The notes under the pieces are model-generated. The model saw only the letters and a list, made by a program, of their open reading frames with translations, was not told where the DNA came from and made no database searches. Made by a program: the position numbers and the translations under genes. From Catajapyx aquilonaris (Eukaryota), in the NCBI GenBank assembly GCA_000934665.2, contig JYFJ02002451.1, positions 1-56,805 of the forward strand: a stretch of 56,805 bases of DNA, written 5' to 3'. Positions within the stretch are counted from its first letter, which is position 1, and each line of letters begins with the position of its first letter. Shown piece by piece: positions 14,918 through 27,298 of the stretch.

Positions 14918-15690
14918 GCAGGAGTCGGAATGCGCACGTTAGGCCACGCCCCATTTTTCGCGCCAATTTGTGTGACTGATAAACCTGCGATAATTTATCG
15001 GGGAATTACATTTTGGTGCTTAAATGTGGTGGAAAACTTACGAATCACCCGTCGGATGGCAGTAGTCGGAATGCGGCCTGCTGTAGGCCACGCCTCGATC
15101 CTTTATTCGCACCACTTCGGGTGTGACTTTCAGGCAGGAGTCGGAATGCGCCCTTTAGGCCACGCCTCGATCCTTTATTCGCACCACTTCGAGTGTGACT
15201 TTCAGGCAGGAGTCGGAATGCGCCCTTTAGGCCACGCCTAGATCCTTTATTCGCACCACTTCGAGTGTGACTTGCAGGCAGGAGACGGAATGAGCACTTT
15301 AGGTTACGCCCCCTTTTTTCGCGGCAATTTGAGTGTGACTTTCCCTTGGACTTTCCGCGATAATTTATCGAGGAATGACATTTTGGTGCTGAAATAAAGT
15401 GGTGGAAAACTTTTTTCAGGACGGATTATATGACAGCTAGGTATCAGAAAGACACGGTATAGATGTTGGCCACACTGCGGGTACGATAGGGAAGGTCTTC
15501 TTCCAATAATAATGATGAGCCAGCAGTTTTCTCATTGAAATGTGAGTGCTCACACCCGTTATTTCGTGACGAAACACCCGTCGAATGGTAGGAGTCGGAA
15601 TGCACCATTTAGGCCACGCCCCCTTCTTCGCGCCAATTTGAGTGTGACTTTCTGCGATAATTTATCCAGGAATGACATTTTGGTGCTGTA
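14918..15690 (+). repeat. Complex tandem repeat array with 72-bp core unit
   Basis: GGAGTCGGAATGC..TTAGGCCACGCC (some copies with 1-2 changes) recurs at ~14921, 15062, 15137, 15209, 15281 and 15591. Central copies are spaced 72 nt and nearly identical. Outer copies share a longer tail (GCGATAATTTATC...ACATTTTGGTGCT). Confidence 0.9.
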
Positions 15691-16267
15691 AAATTGTGGA
15701 ATGCGCGTTTATACATGTACGGTTGAGCTATTTGTGTTAATACGCAAATCCCAGGACCACATTGCAAGTGAAGGCATACATTACATTGCAACACTGGTTA
15801 ATTCCCATAAAGTGGTAGCTGGCGGTGACCGCAGGTTATACATGGACACCTCTGGTAAGGCCACGCAGAAAGTGAAGACATCATGTGTGAACATTACACA
15901 CATTAGTACACAGGATGCGTATATCGATGTGCGGGCCCAGCAGACTGCTCTTTTTATGCGGCAAAAACATGTTTCCTGTTTGAATTTCGGTCCCTTTGAA
16001 GGCGGCTACAGAGCGCATTGAAGCTTGTTTATGACCCATATTTCGCTCATTACTTCGATCGTGTGCTTGTTAATGTTTATGCATTCCCCTGGTTTGGTGC
16101 AAACCCATGGAAAAATTAATGCATCGCTTGTAATCAAATGTGGGGAGGTGATCGATCATTATGACGTGTCGAGCGTAGGCTATATACACGTCGGGTGAAA
16201 TGCATACGGCTATTATTGCTCGATAGGCGTTTGGAGACACTGAAGGCCACTATAGTCGCCTCGTAAA

Positions 16268-17828
16268 ATGCCTTCGGAGTCGCCAGTGCAGGAAATTCCT
16301 CCCGAATCTCAAAATTCCCTCACGGTGAGATATAATGTCAGGGCATGTCACAAATTACAATCGAGTCATTGCATAGTTAATTACGCACACTAGCACTTGC
16401 AGTATTAATAATTGCAATGTTCACTTCCTCTTTTCATTATGTGTACTGCACTGTACCAGCACATGCGAATTTTTCCTTCCTAAAAACTGGGTTGCTGGGG
16501 CAAACAGCCAACAGTTTACTACCCTCTTGAAGTTGCATTCTGGAATTTTGCATAGCCTTTAGCATTTAGGACTACAAATCAATGTTTTCCTTTCCGGCTG
16601 GTGACTGTAGGACATAGACGCCAATGCTTATGCGACGAAGAAGACGGTCGCCCAAGGTCTCCTGGACATCGCCCTTCTGACCTCCAATGCAAACCAGCTT
16701 CATTACGTGGTCCAGCTGGGAGACAAGCACGAGTACTACGGTACCATGGTGGCACTCATCTCCATATCAATCATACTGCAGGTAGGTACTACATCTTTCT
16801 TTATTGAACTGCCTCAAAAATGACCGTCTGCACACGCAATGGCCGAGAGTCTATTGTGCCAGTTCACTATAAGAGCAGTCGATTTGCCTTCCTTTCCTTG
16901 TCCACTTTGATATGCGGTAATTACCCACCACTCTTTGGCCCACATCGATTACTGCCACTGTTGGGTTTACTTGGAAAAGACAAATAGTGCTGGCCTACTA
17001 CGAATGGGTATGTGACGCAGGTTCATACAAACAAGTAAGTCACCCTGTATATGTTACTTTTGAAGAAAACAATATCCCAGGCGACACAGCACTGTACATA
17101 CACACCTTGGTACAAATGGCACATTATGACTTGAATAATGAAACATAACGATTGCTCACGTGGCACCCGCTTCCCATGCATTTTGCATGGCAGCTATTCC
17201 TGCACTAGGTTGCTGTAAATTATAAAGGAAAGACTGATTGGTTCTTGTTGAAGGTTGCATTGTTACCTGTTGGCAGGTGTGCTTGGGTGTGCTGAGTTTG
17301 GTGCAGACGACCCTGACTTTTGGGACAGCCAACCCTCGGGCCAGCCAGTATGTCACCAGGGTTGCAGCAGCAGTGCATGTGGCCATTATAGCCATGTTTG
17401 TCAACGACACCTTCAAGAATGCCTTTACGTGGTACCCTCACTACGAGATCAGAGACACTTGCACACAGAACGAAACTGAGCACTGAACCATTGAGAGAAA
17501 ATAATTGCACAGGTACTTGGCATTGCATGTGCAGGACGGTTGCTTCATCATTAGACTAAACTTTGTGCAACCCCAGATAGTTGCAGGTGTGCTGTACACG
17601 GCTATAGGCGTATTGGACATCAACAAGAAGGACAACCAGGAGGAGGCAGGCAAGCTCAACCACGCGATCCTGGTTGTGGTGACTGCAGTGACCATTATCA
17701 ACCTCTTCATCTCTGCATTTGGAATGGCACACAACTCCATGGGAAAGGAGGGGATACCAGTACCAGGAAGCCCTAACAACAGTACAGAAGCACCAGCACC
17801 ACTTGCAAACACTACCAGCAGTGAATAA
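16268..17828 (+). CDS. Ninjurin family protein (isoform with distal terminal exon 3b)
   Basis: Exons 16268-16324, 16611-16781 and 17577-17828, all joined phase 0 GT-AG. Exon 2 encodes DANAYATKKTVAQGLLDIALLTSNANQLHYVV...YYGTMVALISISIILQ (ninjurin signature). Exon 3b encodes IVAGVLY...AGKLNHAILVVVTAVTIINLFISAFG. Confidence 0.92.
17277..17486 (+). CDS. Alternative terminal exon 3a of the ninjurin gene
   Basis: Acceptor TGGCAG|GTG in phase 0. Open frame VCLGVLSLVQ...VTRVAAAVHVAIIAMFVNDTFKNAFTW...NETEH* has the same hydrophobic layout as exon 3b. Confidence 0.7.
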   Translation: MCLGVLSLVQTTLTFGTANPRASQYVTRVAAAVHVAIIAMFVNDTFKNAFTWYPHYEIRDTCTQNETEH

Positions 17829-18443
17829 CCAGACTATTTTCTCATGCTTAGTTCAAAGACTAGTTACACGCATTGACATGAGGCTGTCAAACATCAATGT
17901 TATGATTTTTCAACATTTCTGACAGATTGCCAAGAACTGACATTAGTTGAGGGGGTATTTACAAGAGGCCACATGGCCATCCCACATTAATATTATGAAG
18001 ACATGAAATGCACGAAGATCAGTCACAATTCGGCTAGGCAATGCAGTCCTTGACAAATAGCACATGGTGGTAGTCAGTTTACTTCTGGAGAAAATTTGGA
18101 AAATTTGAAAAAATTAATTACCCCATAAGGGTGGAGCACAATTTGAAGTTTTCATCTCAAAATCACTCAATGTTGACTCTGTGGTTCGGCATCTCAGGGT
18201 CTCAAACAAATATTGCCTCATGAAGCAAAACAAGAGATTATTGCAACATGTCAGATATGGAAATGTAAATTGCCCTGCACCAACCTATCAATCCAATGCT
18301 ATTTTAATATGACAGCATGACCTACGACTTGATCGGAAGAAACATCTTGATTAGGTACAGGCCATGGATTTATTGCAGATTTACATGTAAAGCAATCCAT
18401 GCTGATGTTCAAGTGACACCAGATTTGTGTCAAGTAGATTCTT

Positions 18444-18484
18444 CCTCATAACTGCTTTTTGTAAAAAGCAGTTATCTTATGAGG
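18444..18484. repeat. Short inverted repeat/hairpin
   Basis: ATAACTGCTTTTT-GT-AAAAAGCAGTTAT perfect 13-bp arms, extended by CCTCATA/TATGAGG. Confidence 0.6.
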
Positions 18485-18964
18485 AGGAAAACTGATTGTT
18501 GCAATTCTCCATCACGAACTTAAGGATAAAACTTGGAATTACAGGCAGGTTGCAGAACTACAAATTACAAGAAATTCGACAAATTTTTTCATTCTAAATA
18601 GATATTTCCTATTAATTTGTGGATAACAACCACCCTAATATGGATTGTTCAACATGACATCCATTGGAGAAGTGCAAAATTCATCTCGCACTGTACTATA
18701 CTGTCAGTTCTTGACATCATGCCAGGAAGGTTTGAGAAAAAGGTCATAAGAGTTCACTGTGATTTATGTAGCCTACAGGGGGCACCGACTTCTTTTTAGG
18801 CACTCGGGCAGTCAGCCTATTTTGCAAATATTTAAGTAACATTGAGCCACCTGCTCATCAAAACGTGCTGTGCAACACTCCTCATAATCCCATGAGAGGG
18901 TGTGTATCCTAACACATTCATACACTGTGATGTCAATTCCAAGATGTTACTGATGCAACATTGG

Positions 18965-19291
18965 TTTATTTAACACAATTTTGGAAATATTTACTGCCAG
19001 TGCCACTGCTCACATTATACTGACAATGAGAGCATATCTCAAGCCGATGTACTCTACAGTAAAAATGACGAATACTGTTTGTATGAGAATGTTAAATAAA
19101 TTTGCATTATTCAGCAGCATCCAATAATTTTTCCCCAGATTCTTCTTTAATGTTTTGGTATCGTAGTTCCAGCCAATAAATAAATCCCTTGCAGCCTGTA
19201 ATGAAATTAGCAAGGAGAGAATAATACGAGTGGTATTTAGTCTGCAAAGGCTTCTATTTCCTCGTAGAAACACACCAGGTAGGTAATCCAT
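18965..19291 (-). other. Putative terminal 3'UTR exon and poly(A) signal of spenito/RBM15
   Basis: On the minus strand: CCTAAT branch point, pyrimidine tract and GAAG acceptor at 19293-19292; AATAAA at 18970-18965. Confidence 0.5.
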
Positions 19292-22083
19292 CTTCCAGGA
19301 CAATGAAGGAGGAGCAAACATTAGGAGCACAAAACACTGCACTGGACACAAGGCTTCATTCCTATCGTTTGGTCCTCCTGTACATTTTCAATTCCTTTCC
19401 AATCCCGAATCACACACCCACACTCACTAAAACTGTGTCCACTCCCGGATCCTCTTTGCACTCACAATCAGTACACTAATTCACACACTGCACTTTGAAG
19501 GTCACCAACAAAAACTCGGGTCCGTCTTTAGTCCACTACACTTCAAAACACTTCAAAACACAACCACACACACACTCGACACTATGCCACTTATTTTGAG
19601 CCTTGCAGACTTTTTTCCACATTTTTTTTTTTTTTGAAATCCACACACAACTAGAGCTGAGCTTCACAAGCATTATTTTTGCGTACATTTTGGATGGCTA
19701 CACTATTATCTTTTTTTTTGAGCTACACGATAAAGCGTACACAAGAGAGGCAAAGGCCACATCAGTTCACGCGTCGTGGTGACTGGAACATTGCACAAAT
19801 TTCATTCGCGGTTGCCCGGATTTTCTCTCTCGCGCGCGCCTAATTGGGCTCCATTTTGAAAAAAAAAAACTATATGCAGATATTGCGTAACTGCACGGAC
19901 TAAGTTGATAGAATAAAAAATATACTATAGCTGCAAACACAACACAACACACCAGCATTTTCTCTCTCTATGCACTTCCAATGCACCAAAAGTTTTTCCT
20001 ATTCACTTTTTCTTCAAAAACGCACTACTGCACTATTATGCACATTTAAAACACTGAAAACACGCGAACTTTTGGACTTACTTTTTCACAGGCAATGTCA
20101 CTGATCACTGCACACTTTTTTTCTTTTTCTTTTTCTTTCTTTTAAAAACTGATTTTTGTTGCCAATTGCAGGAAGATCACTCACTTGGAAGCCAAAAAAC
20201 AAGCATATATTTTTTTCTCTTGCTTTTGGGACTGGAACTGGCTGGTGTATTTTCACTACTAGATGTGTGTGTGTAAATATATGAATATATATATATTTTC
20301 TTTTTTTTATCGCGATTAACCGTAGATGCACCACCACACTCTGACCACTTCTGCGGCTTTTGCCATTTCACATCACTCATATAACTTTTGCATTTCATTT
20401 CTTTTCTTTTTTTTGCACAATTTCAGCACATTTCTCACAGAAAACTGGTCACCACATCACATAAAAGGTGTCTCCATTTTTCCTCACTATTAACACACTT
20501 TTGGAGGGACTCCCTTTTCATTTGTCACGCACTCTTATGACTCCCTTCAAAACACATTAGTCCCGCACTCTACTCTCACCAACTTAATAAGTGTCTTGCA
20601 TCACTTTTAAAACACTTGATAAATGGTTAATAGAAGATATATCGCCACTATCGGAAACAACCATCAAATGCAACATTCTACCCAGTTATGCGAATGTGAC
20701 ATTCTCCACAGTCCTTTTGGGACTTCCTTCATTTATTAACGGCAAGCAGACAGAGAGAGAGAGAGTATTAAAAGTACTGAATGTAAAAAGCTTCCTTCCT
20801 TAATATAAACTCTGTCAACTCCTTACTACTTAGCAGGAATTTCCTGGCATATTACGCATTCCTTGAAGAAAGATTAGCTCCGACTTTCCTGAGATTACAT
20901 GTCCCTTTTCACATGATTAGTGCATTCCAATGCTCAGAAGACATCCTGCACCAAACAATTATTATTTACCGTACGATGATTGCTTCTACAAGTGACAACA
21001 TACTTCAGTTTGGCACCATAATGCAGTACCCAAGACATAAAAAATGTTTAAAAAATTCTAGTTAAACACTTAAATATGACACGTAGGTCGATTCATATTC
21101 AGCTGTACCTACAATAATCTCAAAATAAATCAACAACAGAAAATATATTTTGCTGCAGGTTCGTCACTTTCTATAAACTGCAGCCTTGTAAAGAGTAAAT
21201 CATATCAAAAAAAATACATTTGTAAATGTCTCAGCATATAATTATAGTTCTTGATATATATTTTGTCATGCAAATTGCCACAGGGGCAAAATACGGTCAT
21301 TTAACATGTATCATAATACATGACATCTCAGCTTGGCTTATGAGCCATAATATTATGCATTTTCATATCAAATAAAGAGTCACACGTTCCACTGCCAAGT
21401 GTTACCTATTGCAGGCTTGTCGCTGTATTACTTGATTGCAAAAATTGCAAAAGTTCAGCCTCTGAAAATGTTGGCATATACTTAAAATCTGCCATTACTC
21501 TCAATTACCAGTAAATACGGTCATGCATGAGGAAAAGCTGACAATTCTGTAAATAAGATGATTATGTAAAAAAAATGCAATTATCCTTGGGACATCTACG
21601 TTACTCCTAGATCTTATCATCGTCATCTACCCATTTGAAAATAAGCAGAAATCAAGCTGCGGCAAAAAATAAAAGAAGGTCAAAGCATGCTGCAATTCTG
21701 CCCCAGAAGAATGGAGCTAATAATTCCATCTGGTCAATGTGGCTGATCGTTTCGGCGCTATAAAAACGGCCAATGACAATAGGTGATTATAAAAATGGAA
21801 GCCACCATGCAGGTCTGTACTGTCCAACTGCAGTGTGGCGGCCAATCTGAATAAACTCTTGATTTGCAGTACGACTTGTGACTGGCTCGCATACTACAGT
21901 AGAAGTGAACAGTGCAGACTTGCAAACCAATAAATCTTTCGTAATGGCCCACATTTGTACACCAAAATGGTCTGCAAAAGCTTACCATTTTGGCGTTTAA
22001 AAAGAAAATCTGCAGACTGAAATTATGTACATGATCAATCCCCAAACCTGCCCACTCACCCAACACACTTGCACCCTTCCGCC

Positions 22084-24566
22084 TTAGGCACTCCCTCCCC
22101 TGACCACCACAATCACCAGATGATCTTCCTTCATGCCCTCCTCCGTCAAACCAGGCGCCGTCCTCTGCAGAAGCTCCGCCGAGAACTGGCATGGTGGAAA
22201 AGCATACAGCACGCCGGTAGCTTCACTCTCCTTGTTCTGTAACGAGATAACACCGGCCGCCTCCTTCTGCTTCAGGTATGACACCAGGTTTCGCAGGGGT
22301 CTCGCCTGCACGTTTGCATCGTCGCTGGGCACTGATGAGCTTGACCCCGGGAGGCTGAGGAATATGGCATGAGAGGTGGAGCCAGAAATTCGTTTCGAGA
22401 CATCTTCAAGTTTAGGAGGATCCAACCGGAGTCGCTGGGTTATTCGCAGCAGGGGCTTCCCTTCTTCGTCGCGCAGCAAAGATTCAACCACATCATGGTC
22501 ACCATCAGTCAAGTGGAGCTTGGTCGGGAAGAGGGAATTCTTGAGAATCAACGCTCCTTGCCATGCCACATCGGACTTGCGAGCAACATCGACCAAAGTA
22601 CGAGCCGATGTCAATGCTCCATTTCGACGGTCGTACTTCTCAGACGTCTCACTCTCAGCACTGTGTCTCCTCGATGGTGACCTTCGTGGCGACGAATTTG
22701 TTGGGTCAGGTGAGCGTGAGCGTCGCACTTGTCGTGGAGGTGCACCATCTGGTTCTCCGTCAGCTCCACGTTTTCCAGCCCAGTCTTCATATTCACCACG
22801 GAAGCGCCGATTTTGTGCAGGTGCTGTTGAGGCTCGCCATGTAGTAGACCCACCACGACTTCCACGATACCCGCCAGAAACAGCTGCAGCATATGCATAG
22901 TCTGTATCCCACTCATACACACGGTCATAGCCAGGGAAGTCATCACGGCGGCCTCTATAGTCACCAGCGGCCACTGCAGCTGCTGCAGCCGCAACAGCAG
23001 CCGCAGCAACGTCATCAAATGGACGACCTTTGTATGGATAAGTGGGTGTGACATCTGCAAAGTCGATCCTCAGTCTCCGATCTGGCCCCCCCAATGGGAA
23101 ACCGCGCATCTCTTTGACAGCTGCTTGGGCAGCATCAATCGAGTCATACAGGATGTATGCATGGTTATCACCTTTGACGTAATCTATCTTTTTAATGGCT
23201 CCAAATCTGTCAAACTCTCGCTCCAGCTGCGGCAGCGACATCCATGGTCCGAGGCCACCAACCCAAATCCTTGTGGTAGGTGTAACCTTCCCAAAACCAA
23301 TCTTACACTGGAACTTGCCAATGTATTGTCCGGAAAGTTCCACTTTGGAGCGATGGGCCTGATCCAAGTTTTGGAAACGCACAAAAGCGTACGCATTTCC
23401 AGTGCCAGGAGGTGGCCGCTTGATATCAATGTCCTCAACGATGCCGTAACGTCCAAAGATGCGTCGCAGCTCCTCCTCGGAAATGTTTATCTCCAGGTTA
23501 CCAGCAAACAGGGTACGTGTTGCCAGCGGATCGTCTTCGGGTGGCACGTGGTGCAGGTAGTTGGGAAACTTGTCCTTCTTGTTTTCGTGCTTGTCAAAGT
23601 GCTTGTATGCACGGTGCGTACCAGCTGCGTAAACTGCCGCTGGTACATGGTGCGCAGCTGTAGCTACACTTCCACTTCGGAAAAGGTCAGCTTGTCCTGC
23701 AGTATCTCGCCTGAAGTCACTCCTGGCTCCAGCTTGTTGGGCATAGTAGCGGTCGTCATGGCGGCGCTCAGTAGCACCAGGCGACCGCCCACGGTAATAT
23801 CGGTCATACTCCGGACTAGCACTTCTTCTAGTGCGATACATGTCTGAGGCTGCTGCGGCGGCTGCTGCTACGGCCGTACGTGCAACACTCTCGTACGCTG
23901 CTTCCACAACAGCCGCTTTGTCAAACAACACAACACGTGGCTTTGAATGCTTAGCGTCCCGTGCGTCCTCGTAACTGCGGAAGTACACGTATGCCACACG
24001 CTCGTCCGGTTCATGCACCACCTTCACGCTAATGTCCCCGTACTTCTTGAACTCCCGGTACAAAGTTTCACGAACAGCCTCGTCAGATGCCTTGGGATGC
24101 AGCGAGCTCACACACAGCACCTGAAAGCGAACCGGTTGAAACAAACTGTCTGGTGGTTCGGGGCTGGAGCATTTACCTTGTATCCTCCGTAGGCTCTGGA
24201 GTCAGAGTTGTTGCCGGCCATGGCCCCTCCGCCGGTGCTTGAACCTCCTCCTCCCCTGGGCGCCCCCCGGTAGTCATCTGCCCCCCGGTGCGACTCCCCG
24301 TAACCCAGACTGTTGTTCCCCCTGCCCCTGGGCGAACCGCTGCTGTGTCTCCCTCCACCACCGCTTCTCTCTCTGTCTCCTCCGCCGGCTGCTGCTCCAG
24401 GCGACCTTCCCCTGCTCCCTCTTCTTCCTCCGCCTCCGCCGCCGCCTCCGCCCTCCTTGCTGTTGCTGTTGAGGTCCGACTCGTGGTGCGCCGGTGGGGT
24501 CAGCCTCTCGTCGGAGCTGTCATCGTATCGGCCCAGGCTCGACCGGGAGCGCTTGCTGCTGCTCAT
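22084..24566 (-). CDS. nito: RNA-binding protein spenito / RBM15 (3 RRMs + SPOC), ~808 aa
   Basis: Exon 1 24566-24177 (AAG|GTAAAT), 56-nt intron, exon 2 24120-22084. RRM1 YKVLCVSSLHPK, RRM2 ATRTLFAGNLEINI, RRM3 TTRIWVGGLGPW, SPOC WQGALILKNS...LRITQRLRLD...LRNLVSYLKQKEAAGVI...HLVIVVVRG. Confidence 0.97.
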
Positions 24567-24975
24567 CTGGCGGGGGACGCGCTCTGCTCCGTGGTCTCAA
24601 TGGACCGGGCGAGGCTTTATGCGTGTCCAGGGATCGGGGCTGGACCCGGGGCGAGTTATCCGGGGGCAAATATTATGCCGGGAAGGGGTAAAAAGGACGG
24701 GGGGAAAAAAAGAACGAGGGCGACTCGGGTCAAGCGTCGGTCGCCATTTTGCTGCCGAATCGAACGTCGGGCTTAAAATCACACAGCGACTAGCCGACTG
24801 CATCCTCTAAATAACAGCTATCCCTGCTAAAGCCGTGCGGTGGAAAAACCGGCATGTTTGGTAGCTGCTAGTTTAAAATAGCTAGTTGGCTGACTGGTGG
24901 CGCCAGGTCATGTTGCGGCAGATTTTGGAACTGATGTTATGTGATGTCCGATATATTGATATGTGCGGTATCAAA

Positions 24976-24983
24976 TATCGATA
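24976..24983. promoter_or_regulatory. DRE (DREF-binding) element upstream of spenito
   Basis: Exact TATCGATA palindrome ~410 nt upstream of the ATG; typical of insect housekeeping promoters. Confidence 0.45.
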
Positions 24984-25362
24984 TCTTTTCCCAGCAAATT
25001 TTTAAAAATTGCCAATTGTCGCTCGTGGAAAATACCTACCAATTAGTAAGCCTCCAACTACTGAATTGCAACATGTCATGGGTCCATAAATGTTCCCATC
25101 AAACAATGCTCCTGAATTTTTATTGAAAGCAAAATGTATGATATACATTGCTCTGTGAAATCAATGCAATCAATGAGTATTTACTTGTAAAGCATGACAT
25201 ATTTTTCTTATCAGTAACTTTAGTTACAAGTACACAGACTCTCAAAGACCACTAATAAATTCTGGGTGGTAAATGAATAAGAGTTATCGGCAGAAGTCAA
25301 TTATGCTTATTCTATTTATTTATTGGCTTGTTCCGCAGTACATGTCGCTCTCGTGTCAGAAC

Positions 25363-27298
25363 TTATTTTGTTGTCATGTTGGCGAGGGCTGGAATTATGC
25401 TGGAGTATATGTCTATCCCGCGGAGAAACACGTCTTTGTTGAGGTATTCGTCGTGGTTGTGAAGAAGGAGCGGTGTGTTGTTCATCGGAGAAAAACCTAG
25501 AGCCATGATACCCAGCTATAGACAGAATACAAGGAAAATGTCAGTTTATCCAGTCAGCTCAGATAGCAAGAGGAATCACATCTATTTTTTTCAATATGTA
25601 ATTACCTCGCGTATGAAGCGGCTGTCTGTAAATCCTGCGAATACCTGCGGTTTCACCTTCAGTTTCCTAAGGAGATCTACATTATAGCAACAGAATATTT
25701 TCTCACATCATGCTAAGCGTATGATAACGATGAGACTCACATTTTGTCAAACACTCCCTTAACTGCAACCCACCAAGGGTTGGCGTCTGATATGTCCATG
25801 TTTTTAACCAAATTGCACTTTTGTATGAATGTATATGTGATGCCTCTGCCTGCCTTCTGGCACCACTCTTGGATCAAAAGCTCAAATTTCTCGGTGCCCA
25901 GTGAGTGGCTGATCCTGCAGTCAAAAGTGGCATAAAACTCGGGGGGAACCACATTCGCTTGAACTCCACCCTGGAGGAATACAATGCAAAGAGCATTAGA
26001 TGAGAAAGAGCTGATGTATTCAGGTGATGTCAGTGACTTACATTCAAAATGACAAGATTTACGGTGGTGACATCTGCCAATCCCAGGTTTGGGTTGCTTT
26101 CCAGAACCTGCTTTTCTTTTTCTCTAAATTCTATGAATGAGTTGAGGAGGCTTCGCATCTTCTCACCACACGTTGCTTCAATGAAGAACAATCCATGTCC
26201 GGGAGTACCAGACACTTTAAACTGAATCTCTGTTAAATAATAACAGTAATTACAACAATGTCACTAGCAGCAGCAGTAACACTACAGTGAACCATGTCCG
26301 AAAAATGTCTTGAAGTCAAGAGAAACTACCAGAATTTCTTTTTTGAGGTAGAAGAAGATTTTCAATTCATATAAAATAATTGAAGGGCTACCCATGTGAC
26401 CAAAAATCAGATCATTGCTCTCTAAAATCTTCAATAATAAACAATGATATGCTAAATACTGAGACATACGCCACACAGCTCTCTCCCCGTAGTAAAGGTT
26501 GAAAGCCTCTGTTTCACTAGCTATCCCTTCGTCTAGTGTGAATCCAACATTCATCTTCTTGAACTCTTCGGTGTGGACAAACTTCTTCATCCCATCTTGC
26601 CCTCCAATTTCCTCATCTAAAATTGTGGCGTTTGAATATTACACATTGCAATCACGAGTTGACATGAATTGCATTACCTGGAACAAATGTAAGGTGAATA
26701 GTTCTTGCAAACTTTTTTCCTTGAGCCTTCACCCTGCGAATGGCCTCCAAGTACTGAATCGCAACACACTTCATGTCCTGGGTTCCGCGGCCATAAATGT
26801 TTCCATCTTCATCTATGTGTCCATCAAACGGACCATATTTCCAGTGCTCCTGAATTGAATATGAATTTTAATGAAGATATATGGTATCAATTTTGTCCCA
26901 AGTGTTCAAATAATTATTGGACTTCCACATACTGGATAGACCGGAACAACATCTGTGTGAGAGTTGAGCATGATGGATGGCAGTTGCGGCTGTGTACCTT
27001 CCCAGGTCATGTAAAATATGGGCTTCCCAGGAACGCATTCCTTTATTTTCCATGGAAGAGACAAGCTTTCTGCCTGGTGCTGGAGAAATGACATGCATGC
27101 AGCTGTGGAAAAAAAAAAATATGTAGGATAAGTCAGCGAGATTCTCTCTTGAACACATCGACATCCTCCACAAAAATTATTTCTATACTAACCATAGTCT
27201 GGTTTGGGCTGGACCGACTTGATCTTGATGTAGTCGATGAAATTCTTGATTGCCTTTTGCTCCTCTGGCGAGTTCTTTTTCAGTCCGTTGGTTGCCAT
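25363..27298 (-). CDS. ACY1: Aminoacylase-1 (peptidase M20A), copy A
   Basis: Eight GT-AG exons splice in frame from [10 protein letters not shown] to ALANMTTK*. Metal and catalytic motifs [28 protein letters not shown] and LHNHDEYL are present. Confidence 0.93.

Noticed and set aside
14918..15690. CRISPR-like array or 24-aa repeat protein (ORF 14849-15241)
   Set aside because: The sequence between repeated motifs is itself repeated (no unique spacers), there are no cas genes and the context is eukaryotic. The ORF results from a 72-bp unit being a multiple of 3 and is broken by TAG in the third copy.
21972..21985. 14-nt GT...AG micro-intron in the spenito UTR hairpin
   Set aside because: Too short for the spliceosome; other introns here are 50 nt or longer.
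24108..24180. Apparent frameshift between the two spenito ORFs
   Set aside because: Explained by a canonical 56-nt GT-AG intron (24176-24121).
22133..24810. Long plus-strand ORFs antisense to spenito
   Set aside because: Shadow ORFs of a GC-rich coding strand; no protein features.
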